Positions 26,849-35,936 of a DNA stretch of 64,000 nucleotides are shown here, in pieces. Below the pieces are notes generated by a model. That model did not search any database, was not told where the DNA came from, and saw only the letters and a list, made by a program, of their open reading frames with translations. Both the position numbers and the translations under genes were made by a program. Within the stretch, counting starts at the first letter, position 1, and the number at the start of each line of letters is the position of its first letter. The stretch lies in the NCBI GenBank assembly GCA_013792055.1, contig VMSQ01000314.1, positions 8,876 to 72,875 of the forward strand. The letters are read 5' to 3'. Source of the DNA: Desulfobacteraceae bacterium. GTDB taxonomy: Bacteria; Desulfobacterota; Desulfobacteria; Desulfobacterales; ETH-SRB1.

Positions 26849-27454
26849 TTATTCCTGATCTTCATTATGGCGATCGGCGGTGTCATTTGCTATGTCTAAT
26901 GTTTCAATTTTATCAGAATCGATAGGCGTGGTGTGGCCCGTATAATTTTCTGTTTCAGGGCTGCTATGTTTGACTGGTGTAGCTTTGAAGTACATACTTT
27001 TTTCAGAGGCGCTAGGTTTGTCTGGTGAAGGGGTGATGTATATATTTGCATTGATTGATTGCTTTTGTGATTGTAAACGTAACGAAATTTCAAGGTTTTT
27101 ATTGTCTGATCGACATTTATCTAATTCATTTTCTATCAATTTTATTATTTTTAAACGTATCCTGTGTTTTCTGAAGAATGGCCAAATTATAGATAAAATA
27201 ATAAAAATAATAAAAAATAAGATGCATATTAAAAAATCATCCCTATAAGAAAAGGCCTGCTTAATTATTTTTTGGAAGTTATTTGCTAATGGTGGGTCAA
27301 TAAGATTTAAAGAATCCACAATATTTGGAAGATTTAAAAAAATGGAATAAAAAATAGCTAGAATTACAAATAAAGGTAAATCTTTTTTCCAAGAAAACTT
27401 CTCTTCGTCCTTTAATTTGTCAATTTCGGTTTTTTTAGAATTCATAATCTTCAA
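26849..27454 (-). CDS. hypothetical membrane protein
   Basis: 201 aa with two hydrophobic helices (LPLFVILAIFYSIFLNL and LICILFFIIFIILSIIWPFF), then a coiled/low-complexity C-terminus. No family recognised. Confidence 0.5.
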   Translation of the reverse strand: MKIMNSKKTEIDKLKDEEKFSWKKDLPLFVILAIFYSIFLNLPNIVDSLNLIDPPLANNFQKIIKQAFSYRDDFLICILFFIIFIILSIIWPFFRKHRIRLKIIKLIENELDKCRSDNKNLEISLRLQSQKQSINANIYITPSPDKPSASEKSMYFKATPVKHSSPETENYTGHTTPIDSDKIETLDIANDTADRHNEDQE

Positions 27455-27753
27455 TTATTGTAATGGTTGATCTTAAATAAGCACATTTTTTGTCTTGATT
27501 ACTGGGAAAGGCTCACCGCTATTTTACTAATTCTTGCTTATCTAAATGACAAATATGTTATCCAAACAGTCCAGCTTGCTTAAGTGGCATAACGTCCGTG
27601 AAATTGTGACATTTGATATGAGTACGTTAATCTGTTCTGAAAAAGTTTAGTATTGAAATGTCAATATTTCACGGATGTCCAAAGTTACCCACTGTAAAGA
27701 TGACGCCTGTGTCGATGATTTTTTAGAAAACGCGGAACACTTTGTTACGTCTT

Positions 27754-30700
27754 TTACATAAACCCTTCACTACAAACAATTTTTGGAATTTCATAATTTT
27801 CATTATCCAGGCTGCGTCGATCCAGCCATTCTTTGATATTGTGCTGATGGTAAATCCGTACAAGAGACTTTAATAAATTTTCACCAATTACTCCATTCCG
27901 GCGTAAAAGGTTTAATTCTTTATTAATAGCAGTTGTTATGGGGCCACGAAATGCTTTTTCCAAAATATTGATTTGTCCTTTAACATCCTCATCTTCTGCA
28001 CTGCCAAATAATATTCGCAATTCCCGAAGGACATATCTTTGGCTTACTGTCAGTGAAAGAGTGTGTTTTCGCTCTGCCTGACGATGCTTGACTTCTTCTG
28101 TAAATATCCTTTTTGCTCGCATGACGGACTTATTATACCCTGCTGGAACTTTTGTACCTTTCTGGGTTGGGCCACATTTAATTGTTCCAAGAATATGTGG
28201 AATCTCCCTTGAAATTTCTTTTCCGTTTTCTTCCATTAGAAACAACTGTTGATACCGTCCTGCCTGACAGAATACATAAAGTCTTTTTTGATTGGAAGGG
28301 CAGGCTGTACGGATACCGTCACGCAGATTGGCAATCCGTTCATATTCTCCGGGATTGTCCCTTTTTAGCTGTCTTAAAATTTCTTCTGCTTCATTTAAGT
28401 CTAAATAGTACTCTTTATCGTCATCAAACAAGCTTAATTGTCTGTCGCCCTTCTTATCATAGATAGCATACATTTCTTCTGGATTTATTCTTTCCGAACT
28501 ATCGAGTATGGTAGCGTCTTCTCCAATAGTATCGTGAATTTCCTGGATTCGGTTTTGAAGTTTTTGTCGCAAGTTCAAATTTTTTTCAATTCCTGTTTCC
28601 GGCAAAAAATTAAATCCGTAAATTACATCGTTTTTGCTGCCGATTCGATCAATTCTGCCAAACCGCTGAATCAACTTAACTGGATTCCAGTGAAGATCAT
28701 AATTTATAATTTTGTCACAATCCTGAAGATTTAACCCTTCGGCAAGTACATCAGTTGAAACAAGTGTGTTTAATTCAACTTCACCTTTCTGAAATTTATA
28801 TTCAGGATTACTTTTAGGAGAAAATCTGCCTACAATTCGAGCCTTACTCTTATCACCACTGTATATTACATCGACATCTTTTCGCTTGCCACCAGGGTTT
28901 AAGTTTTCATGAATATATCGTGCTGTGTCAGCATATTGAGTAAAAATTAAACACTTTCCTACTTTTAAAAGATCAGTTTCCAGTTCTTTTATTAATGTCT
29001 GAAGCTTAGCATCCTTTTCGGGTGTTATAGGTTCGACCAAAGCAAGCATTTGCTTCAATAATTGGATATCATGTTCAATGTGTTCCTTTAAGATTTCAAT
29101 TTCAAAATCATCTACATTATATTTTCCAGAAACCTTCCTTAGTGCATCCATCAGATCTTGTTCTTCTGCTTGATTTGGTTCATATAAAATAGCCCGCGCG
29201 TCATCCCCTGCCGGAACAAAACCCTGAGCCAATGCTTCTCTGAAGCGCTGGTGCAAAATAAGTAGTCTTCTAACAGTTTCTTTAAAAGCATATACACTTG
29301 ATTCAAAACGTTTAAACAAAAGAACACGAATTAAGCCGCGCAAATTAATCCCAGCGTGTTTCAAACTGCTGTAAGGTTCTTTTCTTTTCATTTCTTTTTT
29401 AACATAATGCCATAGTCCATAACGCGCATAGGTTAATTCTTCTTCTATTGTCTTTTTTGGTTTTCCTTTTCTGGATTTACCAAGATAATTTCTCAATTCT
29501 TGATATAGGCCCTGATAAGTGTCTTCAATACTGTATTCAATGGCTTTTAACACACGATTGGGAAAAAACTGATGCTTTCCTCCAACAAGCACATATGCAC
29601 GTTTGTGCCCATTTTCGTACTGCCAGAATTTTGATGGATCAATTGGCTGGTGAGTCTTTGAGTCAAAACCATACCATCTCAGGATATGATTGCGGGTTCG
29701 TCGAATAAGAATATTTGATAACAAATCTGGAAGTTTTTTCTCGCCCTTTTCAATAAGCTTAAAATAGCTTTTCAAGTCCGGAGGATCAACAGGCAGGTCT
29801 GTTTTGTCATCCTGATGAAAAAGTTTTATTTGATAATAAACATCCCATGCGCTTTTGTTGCGAGGCGTTCCAGTTAAAAAACAGCAGCGTTTGCCGGCTA
29901 CTGCAAGAAAATTTTGAACCACTTTGTATCTTTGTGTGTCCTGATGTCTTAAGTTGTGGCTTTCATCAATCAAAACAAAATTTCTGTCCTTGTACTTAAC
30001 ATCATCCAAAAGGAATGAATAAGAACCATTTTCTCCTTCTTTAAGATATCCCATAGATAATACACGCGCATTAAGCTGATATAATTCATTATAACGCTCC
30101 CACATATCGACCAGTGCCGGTGGACATATAATAAGTGATCTCGCATGTTCCGTCCGTTCAAAATGCTTAATAATCGCAGAGCCTATATAACTTTTACCAA
30201 GCCCTACAACGTCAGCCACAAAAGCTCCGCCATAGTCACGTATCATTTGGACTGTTTGTTTTACAGCAGCCCTTTGAAAATCAGCCAGACGATTGGTAAT
30301 TTCATCATCCCACAAAACTTCATTTTCTTCTCCGCCTTCCAGCCTGTCATTAACCAAAGTATATAAAGTTTTCATATAAATATCATAAGGACGAACTTCA
30401 GCAACCGCCCAGGACTGCCTGATCTCATCCATCAGAGATGCATCAAAATCTTTTGACTCATCCCATAGCTGGTTAAACCATTTTGCCAGTTCAGCATGAT
30501 TGTCGTTTCCTTGCACAACAACATTAAGCTCTGTATTATGAGATATTCCGGAAAGAGAAAGGTTGCTTGAGCCGACAATCCCGATTCCCTTTTCATACCT
30601 TCCATCATCTTGATAATTAAAAATATATGCCTTGGCATGTAAACGTCCTTTAGTATAAACACGAACTTTAAGACGCTTTTCTTCAATCATTTTAACTATA

Positions 30701-31086
30701 GTCTTGAGTAAAGTCTCGCCATCATCTGTCTGATCCATCAGTTCAACAGAACCCCGTATATTATCCGCAGTTTCAGATGACATCCTTTTAGTTTCGGCAC
30801 GTTTGGGATATGCTTGGGCTTCAGCGGCATCTGCAACGAGTTCCAGTCGCCTGTAACCTTCTGCAAGCTGTTCCAGGGTTTCCCTATTTGTGGTATTGCC
30901 GATAAGCAAACGCAACTCTTTTACTTTTGATAAATTGTCAGCTATGCCGGTAAAACCGGATAGAAAAAAATAGCCGACTGCAAATTTGGCAGATTCAGAA
31001 GATGAGAGAATTTGATTAATATGATCAACAAGCTTTTCATTTCTGTTGTCGATGATGTCATGGGTGGGCATTTGGGTTCCCTTCAT
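27754..31086 (-). CDS. PLD-family nuclease domain fused to an SNF2/SF2 helicase
   Basis: 1110 aa. The N-terminus has a single HKD motif (GRLHAKAYIF...GIVGSSNLS). Helicase motifs follow: VVGLGKSYIG (I), VLIDESHNLR (II, DExH), FLTGTPRNK (III), and the C-terminal lobe STDVLAEGLNLQD...NYDLHWNP..LIQRFGRIDRIGS (V/VI). Confidence 0.85.
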   Translation of the reverse strand: MKGTQMPTHDIIDNRNEKLVDHINQILSSSESAKFAVGYFFLSGFTGIADNLSKVKELRLLIGNTTNRETLEQLAEGYRRLELVADAAEAQAYPKRAETKRMSSETADNIRGSVELMDQTDDGETLLKTIVKMIEEKRLKVRVYTKGRLHAKAYIFNYQDDGRYEKGIGIVGSSNLSLSGISHNTELNVVVQGNDNHAELAKWFNQLWDESKDFDASLMDEIRQSWAVAEVRPYDIYMKTLYTLVNDRLEGGEENEVLWDDEITNRLADFQRAAVKQTVQMIRDYGGAFVADVVGLGKSYIGSAIIKHFERTEHARSLIICPPALVDMWERYNELYQLNARVLSMGYLKEGENGSYSFLLDDVKYKDRNFVLIDESHNLRHQDTQRYKVVQNFLAVAGKRCCFLTGTPRNKSAWDVYYQIKLFHQDDKTDLPVDPPDLKSYFKLIEKGEKKLPDLLSNILIRRTRNHILRWYGFDSKTHQPIDPSKFWQYENGHKRAYVLVGGKHQFFPNRVLKAIEYSIEDTYQGLYQELRNYLGKSRKGKPKKTIEEELTYARYGLWHYVKKEMKRKEPYSSLKHAGINLRGLIRVLLFKRFESSVYAFKETVRRLLILHQRFREALAQGFVPAGDDARAILYEPNQAEEQDLMDALRKVSGKYNVDDFEIEILKEHIEHDIQLLKQMLALVEPITPEKDAKLQTLIKELETDLLKVGKCLIFTQYADTARYIHENLNPGGKRKDVDVIYSGDKSKARIVGRFSPKSNPEYKFQKGEVELNTLVSTDVLAEGLNLQDCDKIINYDLHWNPVKLIQRFGRIDRIGSKNDVIYGFNFLPETGIEKNLNLRQKLQNRIQEIHDTIGEDATILDSSERINPEEMYAIYDKKGDRQLSLFDDDKEYYLDLNEAEEILRQLKRDNPGEYERIANLRDGIRTACPSNQKRLYVFCQAGRYQQLFLMEENGKEISREIPHILGTIKCGPTQKGTKVPAGYNKSVMRAKRIFTEEVKHRQAERKHTLSLTVSQRYVLRELRILFGSAEDEDVKGQINILEKAFRGPITTAINKELNLLRRNGVIGENLLKSLVRIYHQHNIKEWLDRRSLDNENYEIPKIVCSEGFM

Positions 31087-31099
31087 GTTTTTTTAATTT

Positions 31100-34000
31100 T
31101 CATCTTTTTAAGCTAATTGCTTTTTTAAGTCTCGTGTTTACCATATCGATGACCGCTTCATATACGGCTTCTCGTTCACCCTGAGTTAAGCCTATAGCAT
31201 CGAATACCACATCATCTAAGCGCTTTCTATCCGCCAAGGGGCAAATTTTGGTTTTACTTGTTCCAGTTGACTTGATACCGAACTCCGTCCACACATCGTG
31301 AACAATTCGATTTTTCATTGCCTTATATGCATGGTCGAGATCTCGCCTTTCCACCACAGGAATTTTCATTGTAAGGAAGTCCGCCATGAAAAAATCAAGT
31401 ACACCCTGACCAAGACTCTTATTCCCAAGCGTTTCTAAGAATAGAGCGACCAGAGTAGAGTTTAAGTACGCAATAAGTTGGACATCTTTCTCTCGTTTTG
31501 GATGAAGCCTGTAAAATCTCAATGAAATGTATAAATTTGGATTGAAGTGAACAAGAAATGTATCATTGAAGCTTCGTGGAACAAGGATTTTCGCTCCTGA
31601 AATCATCTGTCTTGTGGGCTTAAACCAAGGGCGCTGATGTTTAGTCACAGATCGCCGATGATAGCCTTGCTGCTCGCCCCATTTTATATACTTTTTTACC
31701 AGATGGCTTGGATTCCCTTTGACCACGAGACAGTGGGCATCATAGCCATTGATTTCAATGCGTTTATTCTTCCTAGTATAATCCTTGACTAAAGGTACGA
31801 GATACTTTTCTTCGATTTCGCCTTCAAATGGTTTCCCATTGGGTGTCGTGGTGTGGTCATTAACAACGAAAAACAACCCCTTCTTAACTATCTTAACTTT
31901 ATTAAGAATAAAGAAGCCATCCGCACCACCTGTATTCAGATACCGTTCACCATCAAAGTAATAGTTCAACTTTTTGATCAAAGATTTTCCTTTTTCCAAA
32001 ATAGTCCAGTAAATATCAGGCGCTCGCAAATATTTACCTCCCCATTTATTGCCGATATATTTTGCTACTTTTATCAAAGGAGCTTGCTTCGGCTTTTTTA
32101 CTCGAACTTTTTGACTTTCCTCTTTAGAGTCTTCATCCACATGAATTTCGCATCCATCCTCAAGAAGTTGTTTCTGTATTATTGGATTAACACGATATTC
32201 AGGCGTGGTTTTCCGTTTTCTTGCTGTTTCAATTTCTTCAAAAATAACCGGTGATATAATATGCTCAAAAGGCTCTTTAAACATCACAAACCTTGCAGTT
32301 TCTTCCAGCCTTGTTTCTTTTTTCATATCGGGTGACGAAAAAAGCACAATAATCGTATTTACATCAGCAGAGGCAAATGAACGCTTTGCCTGGTTATCAA
32401 TTACCATTTTTATGTGGCAGTGTTTAAGAAGGAATTCCTGCAGGCGTTTTCCATAACCAACATCAAGCCAGGAATTGGATGTGATAAAGCAGAATGAACC
32501 CTTTGGATTTAAAAGCGAAAGACCATGTAAATAAAAATATATATAAAGGTCGCTCCTGGCATCAATTTTATTTGCGGCAGTATCTTTTGAGGCATTATAC
32601 TCAAAGAAACGAGGAAAGGCCTGATATATAGACCTTGCCAGTTTGGCTTTGTATTCTTTTTTGTTTGAAGTTGTAACCTCTTCATCGGAAAGCAGGGAAT
32701 CTGAAATATTTTCCTGTCTTACATATGGAGGATTTCCAATAACAATATCAAAGCCTGAATTTATACCACCAAAAATTTCAACAAATGCAATGTCCCAGAC
32801 AAATGGAACATCTTTCACGTCTTTTAAGGCTGATCGTGCTTGTTTTATGCGTTCCATATCTTGCTGTAAAATTAAAATATCTTTTTGTTTATCAGAGGAT
32901 TTCAGGCCAAGTTCAGCCTGATATGGTTTTGGTTCTGAGAATCCCGCAAAGTCAGGTTGTATATATTTCTTTCCAATAGACATTTCCTGTGCTCTTTGGA
33001 TTTTTTTTATTTCTTGTTCAATGTTATGTTGAAGGGTTCCCAAAATATCGCGGAAAATCCGCAGTTCCTCATGCATGGCCTCATCGGTTGATCGGAACTG
33101 ACAGGATGGGTCATTATTATAGAATTTAAATTTTCCTGTTTTAAGTTTTGTAAGTCGGTTTATTATTGTCGAAGAAATATTTTGTGAACTTTGAATATGT
33201 CCAAGATTAATGCCGCCGACTTCTTGAACAAGGCTGTCCCCGCAGCGAATTTTGAAAGAAAAATGCGGCAATAAAGGTTCTTTTCTTATATGGAGATCTG
33301 CGGTAGGAATTTCCGCATCTATGATGAGTGCAAGCCAAAGCCTAAGCTCTGCTACATGGCAGGCCCAAGCCATGACATCTACACCATAAAGGCTTTCCCT
33401 GATAATTCTTTTTTTCCGGTCATAAGGTGTCTCAGTTGATTTAAGTTGTTTTGCAGCCCTGTCCTGAAGGTCATCCAGAATATACAGCATTCCAACTAAA
33501 AAAGAACCAGATCCACATGCAGGATCTAAAACAGTAATTTTACTCAAACTGTCATTAAATTCTTTCCATAAGTTGGCATCTGCCAAAGCTTTATCGGCAA
33601 GAGTTTTTTCATCCAGTTCAAACGCAAAAACAACCTCATATATAAGATCTTTGTATTTTTTGCCTACATGATTTGTAAGATTATCTACAAGCGATAGACG
33701 GCACATAAGATCAATTTCAGTTCTTGGCGTGTAAAAAATACCGGCATCGCCGCGTTCATCAACTTCATCTGAAACATTGACTAAGCTCTCATATACTTTT
33801 CCAATCATTTCCGGATCAACCGCAACTTCCTTATCAAGAGGGCTATCTTCAGAAATAGTGAAATTATATTTCTCCATAAAAGCAAATAGTTGTTCAAAGC
33901 GTACGTCAGTAATTTTTGCTGGTTTTTGATCCAGATCATTTTTCTGAAACAGTCCACCGTTAAGATAAGGGGCTGTTGCCAAAGCTCTCTTTATTTCTTT

Positions 34001-34843
34001 TGGGAAATGGCGGTGTCCACCATGAAATTTATTATTAAAGGCTTCAAAAAATAGCACTGAAAGCCATTGTTCAAAAAACGTATCTTCAGGCTGTTCTGTT
34101 TTTTGGTAACTTTCCCAGAAAGATCTGAGGAACTCGCTGTCTTCACCCAACCATCCTTTTCGCTGGATAAAGTACAGAAACATAACTCTATTTAAAAACT
34201 GAAGAGCGTAGTCATGCGCCCATACTTTATCTTTGCTTTGGCTTTTCAAATTGTTCTGAAGATCTTTAAAAACAGTTTTATATTCATCAAAGAATTGTTT
34301 TGTGACGGCTTCAACATCAAAGGCATGATCGTGAACTTGCTGTATTGCTAAAGGAGACTGACCGAATAAATCCTTTTCAGCGCGCTCGAGGTCTAACATT
34401 TCTATACGTTCTGTAGCTGTTCGCAGCCGTTCCCCATGCCCAATTGTAATTCTTCTAAACAAGCGACGTTTTTCTGTTTTTTCATCATATTTAACGTTTA
34501 TAAAATGCCATCTGTCCTGTGCCTCATTTGAGAATATGAATAACGAATAAGGATGATCATTCAGAAGCTTTGAAACAACAGGTCGTTCCTGAGTAATAAA
34601 AAGACGATCCGATGACAAACGCGAATAAATAATATGAAACTCATCGCCCTGCCCACCGGAAGCAAACAGAACAGGATCTTCCGCTAAGACCTCAGTTGCT
34701 GTTTTAGGCCAACCCCTTCTGGAAAGAGATTCATTAACACGATCATAGTTCAATTCTGTCCAGAACAATTCTTTAAGGGGTTCAATGCCTTTAAAATTAT
34801 TTAGAATTTCAAATATTGTTTTTTTGTATTCAATGTCTGCCAT
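31100..34843 (-). CDS. Eco57I/PglX-like gamma-class N6-adenine DNA methyltransferase with large N- and C-terminal extensions
   Basis: 1247 aa. SAM motif I is VLDPACGSGSFLVG and catalytic motif IV is VIGNPPYVRQE. The ~450-aa C-terminal region is presumably for target recognition. The ~160-aa N-terminal domain (ELFWTELNYDRVN...FIFSNEAQDRWHFINVKY) is of unknown role. A 13-nt gap separates it from the helicase gene. Confidence 0.85.
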   Translation of the reverse strand: MADIEYKKTIFEILNNFKGIEPLKELFWTELNYDRVNESLSRRGWPKTATEVLAEDPVLFASGGQGDEFHIIYSRLSSDRLFITQERPVVSKLLNDHPYSLFIFSNEAQDRWHFINVKYDEKTEKRRLFRRITIGHGERLRTATERIEMLDLERAEKDLFGQSPLAIQQVHDHAFDVEAVTKQFFDEYKTVFKDLQNNLKSQSKDKVWAHDYALQFLNRVMFLYFIQRKGWLGEDSEFLRSFWESYQKTEQPEDTFFEQWLSVLFFEAFNNKFHGGHRHFPKEIKRALATAPYLNGGLFQKNDLDQKPAKITDVRFEQLFAFMEKYNFTISEDSPLDKEVAVDPEMIGKVYESLVNVSDEVDERGDAGIFYTPRTEIDLMCRLSLVDNLTNHVGKKYKDLIYEVVFAFELDEKTLADKALADANLWKEFNDSLSKITVLDPACGSGSFLVGMLYILDDLQDRAAKQLKSTETPYDRKKRIIRESLYGVDVMAWACHVAELRLWLALIIDAEIPTADLHIRKEPLLPHFSFKIRCGDSLVQEVGGINLGHIQSSQNISSTIINRLTKLKTGKFKFYNNDPSCQFRSTDEAMHEELRIFRDILGTLQHNIEQEIKKIQRAQEMSIGKKYIQPDFAGFSEPKPYQAELGLKSSDKQKDILILQQDMERIKQARSALKDVKDVPFVWDIAFVEIFGGINSGFDIVIGNPPYVRQENISDSLLSDEEVTTSNKKEYKAKLARSIYQAFPRFFEYNASKDTAANKIDARSDLYIYFYLHGLSLLNPKGSFCFITSNSWLDVGYGKRLQEFLLKHCHIKMVIDNQAKRSFASADVNTIIVLFSSPDMKKETRLEETARFVMFKEPFEHIISPVIFEEIETARKRKTTPEYRVNPIIQKQLLEDGCEIHVDEDSKEESQKVRVKKPKQAPLIKVAKYIGNKWGGKYLRAPDIYWTILEKGKSLIKKLNYYFDGERYLNTGGADGFFILNKVKIVKKGLFFVVNDHTTTPNGKPFEGEIEEKYLVPLVKDYTRKNKRIEINGYDAHCLVVKGNPSHLVKKYIKWGEQQGYHRRSVTKHQRPWFKPTRQMISGAKILVPRSFNDTFLVHFNPNLYISLRFYRLHPKREKDVQLIAYLNSTLVALFLETLGNKSLGQGVLDFFMADFLTMKIPVVERRDLDHAYKAMKNRIVHDVWTEFGIKSTGTSKTKICPLADRKRLDDVVFDAIGLTQGEREAVYEAVIDMVNTRLKKAISLKR

Positions 34844-35067
34844 CTATTGCTCTCCCAGTTAGGAGGTGGAAGAAAAGAGCTAAATTTTAGTTTAATATCT
34901 TGAAAACATGTAACTGGTCAAGAATATTCATTTTATCATCTTGGGGGATTTCCGGGATGTTTACTAATTATACTAACTATCCTTTTGTCTATCCTGTCGG
35001 CTCAGGAGGCAAAGGGGGAAGAAAAACATCTTGTAAATTTAAAATCGGATCTTATGGATGTCCCCTT

Positions 35068-35814
35068 CTACCCCATGCAATACTGCTGAGGGACATAAAT
35101 ATAGCCAGATTCCGCTGTGCCGAATGTTGTACTTTTAATCCCAAGTCTATACAACGCGGCGATATAAAGACATAAAATAGAATCCAGAGCATCCTCATTG
35201 TTTTTCAATTGTTTGCCCCTTAATGAATCAATATATTTATCATCAATATTAGGGACATCAATTTCAAAACAAAGCCTAAATATCTCACTTCCAGATAGAG
35301 CTTTTAGAAAATTTGCTAATCGCTTTTGACCTTCTTTTTTATCTAACACCTTGCCTTTTTTATATGGCAAACGTTTTTCCAAACCAAATATTTCGATTAT
35401 AGCTGGGTGTGGATAGCATTCTATTTGCCACTTTTCGCTCCCTAAGTGTGAAAAGCCTTCCTGCTCTAATTTACGGGACAACTCGACGCTCTTAGCATTT
35501 GGGTACAAAGTTTTGTTCGAAGTATGAGCTGATGCCCATCTTGAACCATATAATTTGCTAAGGTTTCTTTCGCAAAGCCTTTGTCCTGATTGATTCTTTA
35601 TTATTAAAGGAGCATCTATTGCAATGCCACATAAATCTGAAGCTCCAAGGAGTACCTCCAGTACTTTCGCAATGCCATACAAAGCAGGATATATTTCAGT
35701 AACTCTAACTACGTCATCAGAGATTTTGCCTATACAAACACCTGAAGGGTTTTTTTGGCTTCTCCAAGCTAAATCGACGCCTGCAATTCTCATAATCGAC
35801 TCTTTTATAGGCAT
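35068..35814 (-). CDS. DUF429-family protein (predicted RNase H-fold nuclease)
   Basis: 248 aa. N-terminal IAGVDLAW, central ECYPHPAIIEIFGL...LPYKKG and C-terminal EDALDSILCLYIAAL match the DUF429 pattern as I recall it. Confidence 0.6.
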   Translation of the reverse strand: MPIKESIMRIAGVDLAWRSQKNPSGVCIGKISDDVVRVTEIYPALYGIAKVLEVLLGASDLCGIAIDAPLIIKNQSGQRLCERNLSKLYGSRWASAHTSNKTLYPNAKSVELSRKLEQEGFSHLGSEKWQIECYPHPAIIEIFGLEKRLPYKKGKVLDKKEGQKRLANFLKALSGSEIFRLCFEIDVPNIDDKYIDSLRGKQLKNNEDALDSILCLYIAALYRLGIKSTTFGTAESGYIYVPQQYCMG

Positions 35815-35936
35815 GTAACTGCGAGTTCAGCGGACCGCGTCTTTATGCGGGTCCGCTGGAACGAAAGTTAGAAGAAGATGTCCAATGGCAAGACCTGTCC
35901 ATGCCTGACCATGTCTTAAAGTACACCTATATGAGC

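Noticed and set aside
27754-34843. Numerous 60-130-aa antisense or out-of-frame track ORFs inside the helicase and MTase genes (for example 31853..32254 and 28438..28734)
   Set aside because: They are fully nested in long, motif-supported genes. Their composition (F/I/L/S/K-rich) is typical of antisense reading of AT-rich coding DNA. The same reasoning applies to nested ORFs inside nadB, pit, rtcB, ahbC and others.
34900-35175. 91-aa plus-strand ORF in the MTase upstream region
   Set aside because: It overlaps the DUF429 gene 3' end antisense, sits in the likely promoter/leader of the MTase gene, and has no motifs.
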